Shown here: piece after piece, positions 12,960-26,803 of the stretch
Numbering within the stretch: position 1 is the stretch's first letter
How the letters are laid out: the number at the start of each line of letters is the position of its first letter
From: Octopus vulgaris
Lineage: Eukaryota
Direction: 5' to 3'
Length of the DNA stretch: 64,000 bases
Assembly: GCA_951406725.2 (NCBI GenBank)
Contig: OX597820.1
Location: forward strand, 40,300,001-40,364,000
Made by a program: the position numbers and the translations under genes
Notes under the pieces: generated by a model
Database searches by the model: none
What the model was told of the DNA's origin: nothing
What the model saw: the letters and a program-made list of their open reading frames with translations, nothing else

Positions 12960-13461
12960 ATGCAAAAAATATTGTGTTTATTGGCTATCTTCAAAATGAT
13001 CACACCATCAATGGAAAATGTCAATACCAACTTCCTAAGGCAGTTATGAAAGGCTATCAAGGCCAAACACCCAGAAAAACTGATGAATGGGGTCTTGTTT
13101 CATTAGGACAATGCTTCAGCACACAAGTCTTTGGTTTCAATGGCTGCTGTGTGTGACTGGCTTTGAACTGGTTGATCATCCTCCCTATGTTAGTGATTTG
13201 GTTCCTTCTGGTTATCCTCTGTTTTCCAACATAGAAAAACACTCATCTGAGCACCAGTATCACTATGATGATAACATCTTATCTGTTGTTGATGACAATT
13301 TTGATCGACAGAAAAGCTTCTTCACCAGTGCGACTCAAGCACTGCAACTACTTATGGAAGTGTGTGGACAGTAAGAGGAACTATGTTAGAAAATGAACTT
13401 AATTTGGTCAAATTTCATTGAGTGTCTTGCTCAGATTATGAACATTTCAGCCGACCCTCAT
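12960..13461 (+). mobile_element. Mariner transposon remnant (C-terminal catalytic region + right TIR)
   Basis: FH*DNASAH and GFELVDHPPYVSDLVPSGYPLF (YSPDLAPSDY motif); ends ...TTTCAGCCGACCCTCATA. Confidence 0.85.
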
Positions 13462-13903
13462 AATAATAAAAATTATTATTATACCTGCATTTGTTTTAAT
13501 GTTATCATTAGAAAAATCCACATTTTTCATTTAAAAATTAGGACCTGGGTTTGCACCCCCTAAGCAAATTTTGCTGCTGGGCCACTGGCTATAATTCTCC
13601 TGTAGTCTTATTTTTATTCTGTTGTAGATTGCCTTTTGTTCATCTGACATGTGGCCATTAGTTTTATCGTCTTCTTTTAGATAATCTATATGTCTCTCAT
13701 CAAGTGGACTACCATTGTTCCTTTCCTGTGCTATGAGATTACTTTCATTAGTACAAACTGTATTTTCATCGTTATCTCTGCTGCTATTTTCTAATACCCG
13801 TCTTTTGATGGCTTCGAGCTCTGCTTCTGTGAACCAACGATTTTTTCTTATTTCAACATTTCAGGCCTTGTGCCTTTAGCGGAACGGATTCTTATAATTG
13901 GTA

Positions 13904-14115
13904 AGGCGATGGGCTGACAGAATCATTTGCACGCCGGATAAAATTCTCCGCAGTATTTCATCTGACGTTACGTTCTGAGTTCAAATTCTGCAGAGGTCGA
14001 CCTTGCCTTTTAACCTTTCGGGATCGATGAAATAAGCACCAGTTCTGTACTGGAGTCGATCTAATCGACTCTTCCCCTTTCCCAAATTTCAAACTTTGTC
14101 CTGATAGTAGAAAGG
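13904..14115 (+). mobile_element. SINE family M, diverged
   Basis: GAGTTCAAATTC...GAGGTCGACCTTGCCTTT core. Confidence 0.75.
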
Positions 14116-14842
14116 ATTATTATTAGTAGTAGTATTGTTTTTATCGTTGTTGTTGTATTCGCTATTCCTGCTGTTGTTGGTGCTGTTATATTTATAATTT
14201 CTGGTACTATATCCCAGTAAGCATGAATCCTATCAGTCCACGAAATGTTTTACTTTGCCTTTTTCTTGCTATTTTTTTTTTGTAGCTCTACAGAAGGGGA
14301 ACTTCAATTCCAGACAAATGCATTTTAACATATTTTCCCTTTTACACGCCATAGTATACTGCGTATCTTCTCAAATTTGCTCTTCTTTAATTATCTTGCT
14401 TGTATTTCACCTTAAGGCGTTCTTCAATCTTCACATTGTATCCATTCCTACTCTCACGCAGTTCACTATTTTGCTATATTATAATTTCCTGCTGTTTTTC
14501 GAGGTTGGATACCTATTGGTTCTGACCATATTAATAATCTACATTTGTTTTGGTGATTATTATCTAAAATTAGTTGTGGCTTTCTGACAGTCACGAGTTT
14601 TTGTACGTGATATACAGCATTCCAATACTGTTTATATCCCTAGGTTCCAGTTTGCGCTTTATATTTCCTCCTGTTGTATATCGCATTAAATGCTTTTCAG
14701 ACACTGTTTGCTGTGTCCATATTACTAACTAGTACGGCCATCAATTCAAGCTTACGTTGTTTTAACAGTATATTTCACATCGACAATTTTACATCTAGAC
14801 TGAAGTTAATTAGCGTTTTTTTTTTCTTGTTTTCTATTTCAT

Positions 14843-15117
14843 TTACTCTTTTACATGTTTCAGTCTTTTTGACTGCGGCCATGTCGGAGCACCGCCTTTA
14901 GTCGAGCAAATCGACCCCAGGACTTATTCATTGTAAGTCTAGTACTTATTCTATAAGCCTCTTTTGCCGAACCGCTAAGTTATGGGGACGTTAACACACC
15001 ATCATCGTTTTTCAAGCGATGTTGGGGGACACAAACTCAAAAATATACACACACACATACATACATACATACATACATACATACATACATACATACATAC
15101 ATACATACATACATACA

Positions 15118-15162
<45 letters not shown>

Positions 15163-15252
15163 GGGCTTTCAGTTTCTGTCTACCAAATCCACTCACAACG
15201 CTTTAGTCGGCCCGAGGCTATAGTGGATGACATTGCCCAAGTGGGACTGAAC
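14843..15252 (-). mobile_element. SINE family A
   Basis: Reverse-complement match to 1-350 with an expanded internal (TACA)n/(TA)n. Confidence 0.85.
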
Positions 15253-15689
15253 AATGTGACTGAAAATAGAAATGGGTAAAAGGTGTATATGCATATTTCA
15301 GGAGTTATTGACCATTCTTCAGTACTGCGTCCTATTCATTAACCATCCACGAACACATTGCTTAAATAGCCACTAACCTTAGCGGTGTAACACAATTCGA
15401 TATACCAATTTACATATTAAGCACATTCCTGGCAATTTGTACGTACATAATAATAGTAATATTAACAATAACAACCACCACAACAATAACAATAGTAATA
15501 ATAAAAGCAACAACAACAACAACAATAATAATAATAATGATAATAAAAGCATATTCATTTCTTTCTCTCTCTCTGTCTCTCGTTCATTTTACGCCCCCCT
15601 CTCTCTCTCTGTTCCTCAGTCCTTTTACGCTTCCCTCCCTCTCTCTCTCTTTCTCTTCCTCTATCGCGATCCTCAATACTCGTGAAGAT

Positions 15690-17365
15690 TCCTTGTTGAC
15701 ATCGTAGAGATCCTCAGCCGAAATGACAGTCACAGACCAATTTAAACAGTAAGCTAGTTTTCGTTAGATGCAGATTACGCCTCAGATATCGAGGTGGTTG
15801 GTATGGTCGGTACATCATTGAAGGAATATGAAAAGTTGATGGTGGGTGAAAGTGGGTGCGATTGTTACTCGGCACCTGGAGTAGCAAGTCCATACCGTTC
15901 AACAGCGTCGTTGGGCGCTGGACGGACGGGCCGGTAAAATCGCATGGGGTTTGGCTCGGACCAGACCTTCAGGTGGATAACAATTGCGACAAGGTGACGA
16001 GTAGGGTATCCACTCTCACCCTGTAATGGGCTACGAGGAAGCTGTCACTGAAAGGTCGGGAGGCGGTGACGAATAAGTATATCGCGTCTGTCATCTGCTA
16101 TTGCTTGACCGTTGTGCCTTGCCCCCGTTCGCGCCACGACAACTTGGAGCACCTCCTCTTCAAATTCTTGTGGAGAGGACAGGTTTCATTGGTGAGGCGA
16201 TCTATCTGCTGCCAATAACCTCTACGTGTAGAGTTGGGCATGCCGTAGCTAACGATGCGCAGATATGCTCTGAGTCTGCGGCATCTCCAAATATTCTACC
16301 TAAACGATGAAAGATGTGGTGGCCGTTTGTCACACGGGCCTTTCCCCAGCTCGTCATCTTGACTGAGCTGAAGTCCTGTGGCAAGAAGAAACCGAGGAAG
16401 GGTGACTGGCATCTGGAATGTTGCAGGCACTGCCCTCTACCTGTCGGGCAATACGATCAATGGAACATCCACTCGTGAATTCTATAGACGGTTAATGGAG
16501 GGAAATAGCGCTGACGCACTTGGAGAGACGCCAGGCGTAGACGAAGTCGAACTGACCAGTCTGTTCATGAGGACTTCCGAGCCGTGAACGATGGATAACT
16601 TCCAGAAATCCCTAGCTTGGCAGTGCTACCGGGGAGTACAGACAGTTCAAGATAAACTCTACAGGCACGGAAGTGTTGTCAGATGGACCTGTCCGGGATG
16701 CGCGCAGACCCACGAAACTATTCTGCACGCACTCGTCCAGTGTCCTTACATTACTGACTTGTGGAGTTATGTTGAACAGCTGTTACCACGTGAAGGAAGG
16801 ATCCGGCTATAGGTCGAGCCAATAGTGGAGATCGATCCGCCGCCTTCCATTGGTCCGCAAGGGCAGGTAATTTTCCTCTGTCTGATAGCAGTAGTGAAAG
16901 AGGTTATATTATGGACCAGGTTAAAAATACTGTAGACAGGCACTTTTCTCTTAGGCTAATCCCACATCAACTTTTTCAAATTTCACTTGGAAAGGAAGAT
17001 GAGGGTGAAGAGTGAAGTGCTCCCCCGCCCCAGTGAATTTGTCATAAGATGGGTGAAATTCGCGAAAATGGCACGTACGTGTGGGCCTACTCTAATAATG
17101 CGCTTGTAGGTTAGTGAATTTGAGAGGGAGAAGGGTACCCTTCTCGGATGCCCTCGTAATGTCGAGTGACCCTAGGATTGGTGAGGTTACTGAGCCAACT
17201 CCATGTGGTTATCCCACCTATCTATTGGTGAACTTCCATTGTTATATTCATTTTGTTTTATACTGTTGCTATTGTTTTAATTGTGTACTCGTTGTTTTGT
17301 GTAAAATCCCCATTATGTCTACTGTATTGTCATCTATATGTCGGCCCTGGTGGTCAATAAATGAA
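15690..17365 (+). mobile_element. Tx1/L1-like LINE, decayed 3' half with zf-RVT-type zinc domain and (ATT)n tail
   Basis: MDNFQKSLAWQCYRGV..V.DKLYRHG...TCPGCAQTHETILHALVQCP...LWSYV (16591-16812); GC-rich decayed coding tract; ends AATAAATGAA(ATT)n. Confidence 0.8.
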
Positions 17366-17421
<56 letters not shown>

Positions 17422-17500
17422 CATCATCCTTATTGTTATTAATAACAGTAGTATTAGTAGTATTAGTAGTAGTAGCAGCAACAATAGCAGCAGCAGCATC

Positions 17501-17561
<61 letters not shown>

Positions 17562-18294
17562 TCGTTGTCGTCATCATAATCATCATGATTGTGACTTAAA
17601 TTAAAAGTGACATATATTTTTCTCTATGCTGATAGCGCTTCTGGTTAGATTCTCCCAATTCTTATAAAATATATTTGAGCCATGAGCTCACTAACAATGG
17701 TTACACTTAAATATGATATTGCATTCCATATAGTCACTGAAGGCATAATAAACACATCTCAAGTAAAATTTTTCGTTGGTTCCCATCTCATTTGAAACTG
17801 ATGATTTCGTATTAGTTTTTATACGAATGCCTTCATATACCTAAGGAACTGCTTTACAAACAAATTCTTAATATCTATTTTACAGAGCCACTTGATACGA
17901 GAATTTATCTGGAATGCACATTTTGTAGATTCGGCGCTAACTAGATTCAGTATTTTCGCAAATATTGGATTGGACTTGCGTGAATAATTTTCTTTTCGTA
18001 TTGTACAATGAATTTGGTTAAAGTGCTTCAAAAGATATACGAAGTTTAGAACATGGAATGATGTGCGCAGCATTGTTATTTCCTGCGAGACGCAGCTGCA
18101 GCATCATTCTGTAATTTGCTGAAGTATATTAATATGACTTGTTCTATCATATATTTATATTAATGTTTCTATTTTGAATAAATATAACACATGCACTGCC
18201 GAGTTTTATGCGTTAATGTTTTCAGTGCAGTATATATATATATGTCTGTGTGTGTGTATGTGTGTGTGTGCGTGTGTGCGTATGTATATATATG

Positions 18295-18449
<155 letters not shown>

Positions 18450-18454
18450 GTATG

Positions 18455-18487
<33 letters not shown>

Positions 18488-18512
18488 ATGAATGTATGCG
18501 CACACACACATA

Positions 18513-18650
18513 CACGAAGGGTGCAAGAAGGTTCCTGTCTTTGGGTTACAGAAAATATAAAAGAATCAGTTGATTACAAACTCAGAAATCTGAGCCTCCA
18601 GCCAGGCCTTTCCCGATACCTTAAAGCCATTAATTTTTCAGCACCCCACG
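18513..18650. mobile_element. Mariner-type MITE / internally deleted element
   Basis: Left ACGAAGGGTGCAAGAAGGTTCCTGTCTTT and right AAAGCCATTAATTTTTCAGCACCCCACG form imperfect TIRs. Confidence 0.55.
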
Positions 18651-19185
18651 CCGTATAGAAATATAAATAAACATATGTGTGTGTGTGTGTGTGCTAGTGT
18701 ATATGTGTGTATGCGTGCGTGTGCTTGTGTGTGTGTGTGTGTATGAGCTACACAACAAAAGATTCTGTGCTGTAAATTGTTTATGAATATACTATAAGAT
18801 CGAAAGTCGGTACTGTTATGTTGTTATTATATTTATGTATTTTCTGTACAGAAAGCGTTCATTGAATAATTATATCTGGCAGTCTACTTCACTTATTATA
18901 TTCAGCTCTCGTTTCACCGTAAATACTATTCTGCATAACCTCTAGAATAATGATGCGCTGTTAAGTTATTAAGAAAAGATCTCTGACTTGATACATTACC
19001 ATGATCGCCTGGAGAAAGTGAACTATGCAAGCGATGAGCACGTAAATGAAATAGATAAACATGTCCTAAAGGAGTCTCACAAAAATGATTTTGCGAAGTT
19101 TAGTATTTCAAGGATACAAAACGAGGCAAAATAACTTAAATTCACCTAATAACCTACATAAATATAAATGCACATAGAAATACAT

Positions 19186-19410
19186 ATCAGGTCATCCCAT
19201 AAGTTCTGGCTGAATTTACCCTTTTTAAGATTGAATGAAATTTAATAGTATTTTAGAATGTCAAATAGAATTAAAAATATTTTTTATGCATTTGTGTACA
19301 TTTAAACTAATTAAATATTATTTTACAGAATGATGGATTTAAAATTTCTTTGATTAAATCCCTTCCTAACATGGAAGAATCCAAAGAGCATTTGAGGCAC
19401 GTAATGCTCA
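19186..19410 (+). mobile_element. Mariner 5' end (TIR + start of transposase)
   Basis: TATCAGGTCATCCCATAAGTTCTG TIR-like start; MEESKEHLRHVML resembles the mariner N-terminal HTH. Confidence 0.6.
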
Positions 19411-19909
19411 AAATACAGACCACAGCATCCAATTACCCTCAAACTAGCAGTTATAACGATAAATACAATAGGGCTTAGAGCTGAGCTGATATATCTGCTT
19501 ATAACGTAACTAACTGTAGTTTATTCCTGTGGAAGATTGTGAATATTTCAAGTCAACTTGGGAAATGGAAGGAAATAATCAAAGCAATACAGTTTCTTTC
19601 TTACTTTCTACAATTAAATTGCACATAGTATTATACCAAAACATTTTGCCTCTAATATTCTGAGAGACTTATTTCTGGCTTATATTGTAAATAATCGTAG
19701 TATCAAGTGTCAAGTAGCCTTGTATGTAGCGATGGGATGTACTTCAAAAAGCTGACGGCCTTCGCAAATCCTAAAGATATGTACATTCTAATCATAAAGA
19801 CATCAAACTTCATAATTCGAGATATCTATAGTACTTTGTTCCTGTAAATATTTCTCTTATTTCAGAGATATATTCATTTAAAAGTGTTCCAGAGGATAAC
19901 ATGTTATGA

Positions 19910-20770
19910 ACTAACGAAATTTAGCGTAAATATGTTCAGAACCCATGACTTTTCTAGGGATTCTTAGTCTAGGGAAATTGATGCAATTAGTATTCTGTTT
20001 AAACTGTTGCAGATGATGAAGAGATATGCGAAGGCCAATGTTCTGGAGAGGAAGGATGGGAGCATAGTGGTTCATGCAAGGAAAGTCGAGTAGACCAGGG
20101 GACGCTAAGTGATAGAAAAAGGAGACTAATGAGCGCCGAAGTGCAGAAGCCTTTATTGTAACGGTAGAAAAGATAGACAGGACATTTCGCTCATGGGTTA
20201 GAGGATTGGATTTTCCTGTTATTAATTGATTGCAAATCCATTTAGTTGATCTCATCTGGATGCGATCAAGGATGTCTGCATGCGTATAAGTAGCACTGTT
20301 TAATCGATGGGAACGATATTTTAATGTCGATTTCACTTCAACCTTGTAAAGTGTCAGCAGCTGTTGGAGGTTCAAAAATCTTTTTACTCTAAAAGAAACA
20401 CTAGTCTTTAGAATACGGTCTTAAGTATACGAAGGTTGTACTTTCACCTGGGGTAACCCTTAGTGATAGTATTTGGAGCGACTGTGTGAAAACTCTAAGT
20501 GCTGCACATGTGTAAGGTGCGAAGTGAAGGTGCAGATAATATTTCAGCCTTGACATCTGTATCTGTTTCAAGATTAATATCGATTATTTTACTACCAAGT
20601 TTAAAAAATACATTTGCCTTTTTTTTCTTTTTTTTTTCATATTTTCACATTTTGACATGCTGTGGAAGTAATCTCAAATTCCATACCAGCCGCCTTCAAA
20701 ACACACTAAATTATATCTTTGGAGACAACGTTTGGAATGGCTGAATAACTCGACCCTGAGGAACAAGTGA
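19910..20770 (-). pseudogene. Old CR1/L2-group LINE RT C-terminal remnant
   Basis: QQLLTLYKVEVKSTLKYRSH...ILDRIQMRSTKWI matches the LYK..VRP.LEY.S..W / LD.IQ.RA region. Confidence 0.6.
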
Positions 20771-21387
20771 GCGTAATCAGCAGTAGGCGTGCTTATCGCG
20801 GCACAAACCAGAAACAAATAACCTTGTTACTCCTTGCAAAGGACACGATGATGGCTCAGATGTTTGACCACGGATGCAGTTGAATGTAGGGATAGCTGTG
20901 CAAAAGGATTGCTTTATTTGAAGACCAATAGATGCGCCTACAATTGGACCTTGCTCTGAACTTGGTAAGCACATGTTTGATACTTGGTAATGAGTATGAC
21001 CTGCTCAACACTGCACTCACTCACAAAGCGATCTCTAAAATCACAAGATAACAAATATTAAATTCATTGAATATTATATCATGTTTAAAGCTACGTTGCA
21101 TAGCCATTTAGGGCTTTATTTTAAATGTTCCAATCGTATAGAAGCTGAGTTCTTATGCTAAAATGGATGAGTCTATTTATTATGTGTGCTCCGTTTGGCG
21201 TGCTTATCGAATATCTCCAATATTTTTATATCCCAATGTACAAGATGGACCTTGGTCTTTTTCTTGCTTCATTCGTCCTTTTGATAAGTATTATTTCTCC
21301 TAATGGGTTGCTTAGAGCCCGCCTCATGAAGTTAGCTTATAGAGAATTCCGGTTTAGTAACCGATGCCCTGATCATATACAAGATGT

Positions 21388-21775
21388 TAGTTAAGTTAAG
21401 TTAAGTTAATTTTTTGGATCGAAAAGCAAAAAGCAAGGCCATGTAAGGGGACATGGAGTTATGTACAGGGAGGGTGTTCATGCAAAGAGTTCAGGCCATT
21501 TCTGGTCAAGAGAAACTTTGAACCGAGCGGTCGTCGGCATCTTCACTATCTCATCCGGCAGCTTATTCCACGGATCCGCAACCCGGACGGAGAAAGCCCC
21601 TCTCCTTCGATTGAGATGAAATCGTCGCTGATAGAGTTTTTAGGAGTGACCCCGCAGCCGACGCTCTGGAGCAGGAGTGAAGAACAGCTCTTTCGAGAGG
21701 TTACACTTTCCGCTTATGATGTTGTGAGCAAGAATGAGATCACCACGGCGTCGTCGTTTTTCTAGAGAATAAAGG
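21388..21775 (-). mobile_element. 5'-truncated CR1 LINE (third family) with (AACTT)n tail
   Basis: YSLEKRRRRGDLI...RLRGHS*KLYQRRFHLNRRRGAFSVRVADPWNKLP; pentanucleotide tail at 21388-21408. Confidence 0.85.
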
Positions 21776-21809
21776 ATGTATCGAATTGCAAAGTAAAAGT
21801 AGCACTTAC

Positions 21810-21890
21810 TAATGACCTGACATGAAACAGCTACTTGATCTTCAGTCAGCCGTTCACAAGATACGGTAACTTTCTGGCAAAGTACGATAA
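21810..21890 (-). other. Candidate 81-nt spliced exon of an unidentified transcript
   Basis: Minus strand ...TATACATATTTAG| exon |GTAAGTG; length divisible by 3; one open frame (phase 1-1) IVLCQKVTVSCERLTEDQVAVSCQVI. Confidence 0.3.
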
Positions 21891-22478
21891 CTAAATATGT
21901 ATATAACAAAACTTATGATCATACATATGTTTTTCTGTATTATAATATTTAGTATTTCTGTCACTATTATACGGTCAGTTAGCACAAAAGAAGACTCAAA
22001 GAACTTGCCACAGAAATTTTGCAATAACGTTCAAAAATAAAGTCCATATACTGTTAATTCAGACAATTGTAATCTATGATACCTACGTAGTAAGTCTGAA
22101 AAATAAGTCTTCGAAAATAAAGCATAAAACAACAGTTGATTAACATTCCACAAATTCTATTAAGGGAGGGCTTAAAATATGCAAAACATTCCAGCAGTTT
22201 GACATTTGATTCTTCGTGTTTAATTGTTCTCCAAAATATCACCAGAGGAATGTTTTCCGTTTAATTAAATTCATAAAAATGAAATAAAATAAATAAAAAG
22301 GTAACGTATACAATTAAATGTAACTATTTACGCTTATATTGATAGATGTTTCTGTTCATACATCAAAAGCACGCATGCACACATCAATGTCTAAATCAAT
22401 ATGTGCATAAGTAGCTACATGCACACTGCTTGCAAATGCACACATAACTCGTACCATATGTATGTGCGTGCGTAGGCG

Positions 22479-22564
<86 letters not shown>

Positions 22565-22572
22565 TATATATT

Positions 22573-22619
<47 letters not shown>

Positions 22620-22744
22620 TTATATAGCTATATGTGAATGTGTGTGAATGTATAAGCATATATATATGATATATATATATGATATATATCATATATTTAT
22701 ATATATATATATATATATATATCTTTTATATATATTTATATATC

Positions 22745-22778
<34 letters not shown>

Positions 22779-22814
22779 TTATATATGCACAAACATACAT
22801 GTATGTTTGCATGA

Positions 22815-22897
<83 letters not shown>

Positions 22898-23479
22898 TAC
22901 ACACATAAATAGACGATGCATAAATGCTTAAGGAGATACATAAAAAACACATCGTTCACTCTTGATAGCGTTTACACGGAAATAGGTATGCCTATTTGTG
23001 GCTGCTTCTGTCGCCTAGGAAGAGTAACAGAAATAGATAGGTGTGAAATAGATAAACGTACAAATACAAGAGCATATGTGCGTCAGCTTCCTCTTTCTTC
23101 AGATATTGTTGTTTTCTATATTAATCCAAAGAAACCATTGATTTATAAGGCTATAAGTAACACCATGTGAAATATATAATTTCGTAATTAGACATGACAT
23201 CCTGAAATTGAGTATGTCTTTTTTTCTGAAGAGTGTGTTTGTGATGACGATTAATGTAGCTACTGTCCGTTAGACTCGAACCTGAGCCGTAATTTTTATT
23301 TGGGCGAAAGATGTGTAGTTTGTTTGGATTCGGTTTGTTTTTGCAATTTAGAAAAGTTTTCAGGATACATTTCAAGGATGCTTTACAGTACATTGTCAGT
23401 AATTCTCCTGGGGTCAGAGAGAGTTTCAGATCTTTCCACATTATACAATATCGCATACTTCAACCCACTATCGTTGACA

Positions 23480-23825
23480 GTGAAGGCACATGTCTCAGTG
23501 GTTAGAGTGCCTGGTCTGCAATTTTGATTCTATAATTTCAATTCCGGGACCCTAGCGTATGTTATCTTCTTGATGAAGACACTTTATTTCATGCTGTTCT
23601 AGTTCCTTTAGTTGCAGAAATGAGTTATGACGTCCCTGGAGCCGAGCTGTATCGGCCTTTCCCTTTCCCTTGATTACATTGGTGGTGAAGACAGAGGAGA
23701 CTGGTATGCAATGGTGATTGCTGGTCTTCCACAAGTGACTTTGCCGCTTCTTGCGCCTCGAAGGGTATTTTAAACTTTCTAGGTGCAATCCCATGGTCAT
23801 TTATGATCGAAGGATGTCTTTACCT
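23480..23825 (+). mobile_element. Old tRNA-derived SINE (family B-related head)
   Basis: GAAGGCACATGTCTCAGTGGTTAGAG A-box and TTCAATTCC B-box-like; body resembles 58957-59262. Confidence 0.55.
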
Positions 23826-25971
23826 TATCGCTGATTAAATTCTAGGTTACACCGCAGTCATACCAAGCCACTGGTCTGCCCTCTTTGTCCAAAATCATAT
23901 TGTAAAATCCTCTGAGGTTTCAGTAACGGAAGGTATACCCTACCTCTTTTGATGCCCCAACTAACCCACGCCAAATTAGAGTTCTACAGGGTGATGCCCA
24001 TATAGCCTTTATTCGGTTGCTACCTTAGATTTGATCGTACCGCGCCTGCTATTTTCGACTTCTGCACTAATTTGCCAGCTCCTGGATTCCAGCAAGCTTT
24101 CGCTCTTGAACTTCCTTCATCCGTTCTTCCTAGGATAAAACCTTCACTTTTAAATACTGACACAATTTGTTTAAACAATAGAGTATATATTAAATCTTTA
24201 TATACAAACTGTACACTGAACCGTTTCTGTTGGTTCTGTCATGAAACTATTTAGAATCTAATTTATTAGACGAGATAGTTCAGTATAATATACGGCTCTT
24301 AATTCCGTATTTACCTCATAAGTTTATACCCACTTTTATACCCATGTTTGTGACTTGTATGCTCTGAGAAAGGTTCGATTTAAAGCAAACACGTATAGAT
24401 CTACTCATATATCTGGTGTTTCTGTTCTGATTTACCCCTTTACTTGTATGTGACACGCAGCATACATTTCTCTGCTGTCCGTACATCGTATCGGATACAC
24501 TTTACCAATTTCCTTGAACTAAGATAGTAACTTGGGATTTGCGAAAAGAAATCTTTATATTGTTCACGAAGTATGAAACAAGGTGTTGAAACAAGCTAGG
24601 ACACTATGAAAAATTATGAAAATGATTTGGACAAGCAAAGGGTCAATAAAAATAAGAATTACTTTTCTAATAAATCTTATGACGTTAATTTCAGCAAAAT
24701 GAATTCATCAAGAATCAAAAAGTTTTAAAAAATTAACGAAATGAAAATTCGAAAGTTATCATTTTTTACTTTTCTCCATCGGAAAAATAATGAATCATTA
24801 AAATGAAATTAAAGACTTTGAACTTCATAATATAGAATGAAAATAATATTTAGAACAAGTGGAATATACTAATATTCCATATAAAAAAGAGTAAACTCAG
24901 CAAAAATAAGCAAGCAAGACATATTTTTGTGCATTAAAGAAGTTTAATATATTGTATAAAGCATAATGCATCCAAGAATTTGTTTTATTTTACAAAACAA
25001 ATATATATAGGCAAATAAAATAAATCAGAACCGAATGGATTTTGGGGACATAAGAACAAGCGTCTGTAAAAGTATTGTGTTATTATATTAGTATGCGAAT
25101 GATGGGAGAAAAATTCCGAATCTGATCAATATCTATGTTTTTCAGAACAAACACCAAAATGGCTGACTGCTCAAAATTTTGGTGGTCAGAAATATCAACA
25201 GATTATATCTAGCAACTGATATATCAGCATCGATTATTATGCATATATGCAAAATATTAAATATTCTCACGGATAAAAAATAGGAAAGTAAGAGTATAGA
25301 AATGTTTCGATAATTGCTACAATGCAAAAAATGCAGCAAACAAAATCCAACTTATTGTAAAACAAGGTCAATTCAATCAGCAGAGAGATGAGCGACAATA
25401 TATCAGATATTGTCATGAAAGGAAAGAAGACTAAATGAAAAAATGCCAGTTGGAATTTGATATATGTTCATGTAGATACTTTTCACATTCGGGAGGACAT
25501 CGATCAAAATTGTGAGAAATTATCAAAATTTTCAGAACTAGAAATTGAGGTCAACATATATAATATAATATAATATAATATAATAAAATATAATGCAATG
25601 TAATGTAATATAATGGCATGTATACACTGCAGACACACGCATCATACACACAAACACACACAGACGTTTGTGTGTGTGGGTGTATGTGCCTGTTTATATA
25701 TGTATATGTGTATGTGTGTATATATGTATTATGTATGTATGTGTATAAATATATTTGAACATAGTTATACATATCTTACGCAAATAACTCTTGACCGAGG
25801 AGTGTTCTCTGGTCTTTTTATTTCAAAACCTCCACAGGTCGCTAATGTCGGACCCTGCACAATTGTGAGTAGAACGGTCTCGCTGATGGGGGAGCATTTT
25901 GGACTTAGATAACAGTACTTCTGGTCTGAAGACTTTACTCTAAACCGAAAAGTTAGTACTCTCTCTATATA

Positions 25972-26625
25972 TAGTTGAAAATATCGTTATAGGTATAAAT
26001 ATACCATAAACAATTATAGAAAAATGGAGTAGAAAAAATGTTGAATCGAAATTAGATTTAAACACGCGTTTGAAAAGACAATACAAATATGTGAGAAAAA
26101 ATTATAACCATAGTAATTATAATTAAATTTATGCATTGTCATTTTCATAGGTGTGTGCAATTTTTGTAAGGACATCAAAACTGGTTTAATAAAATAAAGT
26201 AAATTAAAATAAGATAAAATAAGGGAGAATATGTCTGTCTTTTTCTCTTTCGTCTATCTTACTATTACTATTATTGCTATTTTCCCCCTTTTAGAATTTG
26301 CTTGTAAATATCCAAATTTTTCCCTATTACCCCATTTGTATTCTCCCTTATTGTATCTATCTTATTTTAATTTACTTTATTATATTAAACCTTTTTTTGG
26401 TGTCCTTACAAAAATTCGTCACACTGATAAAAATGGCAATGCATAAATTTAATTATAATTACAATGGTTATAATTTTTTCTTACATATTTGTATTGTCCT
26501 TTGAAAAGCGCGTATGTATTGAATCGTATTTTGTATTAAATCTAATTTTGTTCCAACATTTTTCTCCTCCATTTTTCTATAATTGTTTATGGTATATTTA
26601 TACCTATAACGATATTTTTCAACTA
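25972..26625. mobile_element. Foldback/MITE-like element: ~260-290-bp inverted arms, ~100-bp spacer
   Basis: TAGTTGAAAATATCGTTATAGGTATAAATATACCATAAACAATTATAGAAAAATGGAG... at 25972 matches the reverse complement ending at 26625; homology continues to ~26232 versus ~26338. Confidence 0.85.
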
Positions 26626-26758
26626 CTTTTTTCATATTCTTATTACTGGCTCTGGCTGTTTTTTTATGAATATGATGAATCTTTATTCGAAATCATTCTT
26701 TCTCTCCTTTTTGAACTCTCAACAAGTTTGAATTCTTCTCTTTTGAACTTATTCTTTC

Positions 26759-26799
<41 letters not shown>

Positions 26800-26803
<4 letters not shown>

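Noticed and set aside
18080-18115. Possible minus-strand terminal exon NDAAAASRRK*
   Set aside because: The acceptor lacks a polypyrimidine tract and no upstream exon could be linked
24500-25550. A-rich tract resembling an ancient LINE remnant (also 13600-14800 and 27130-28500)
   Set aside because: Too decayed to assign a family or boundaries from motifs alone
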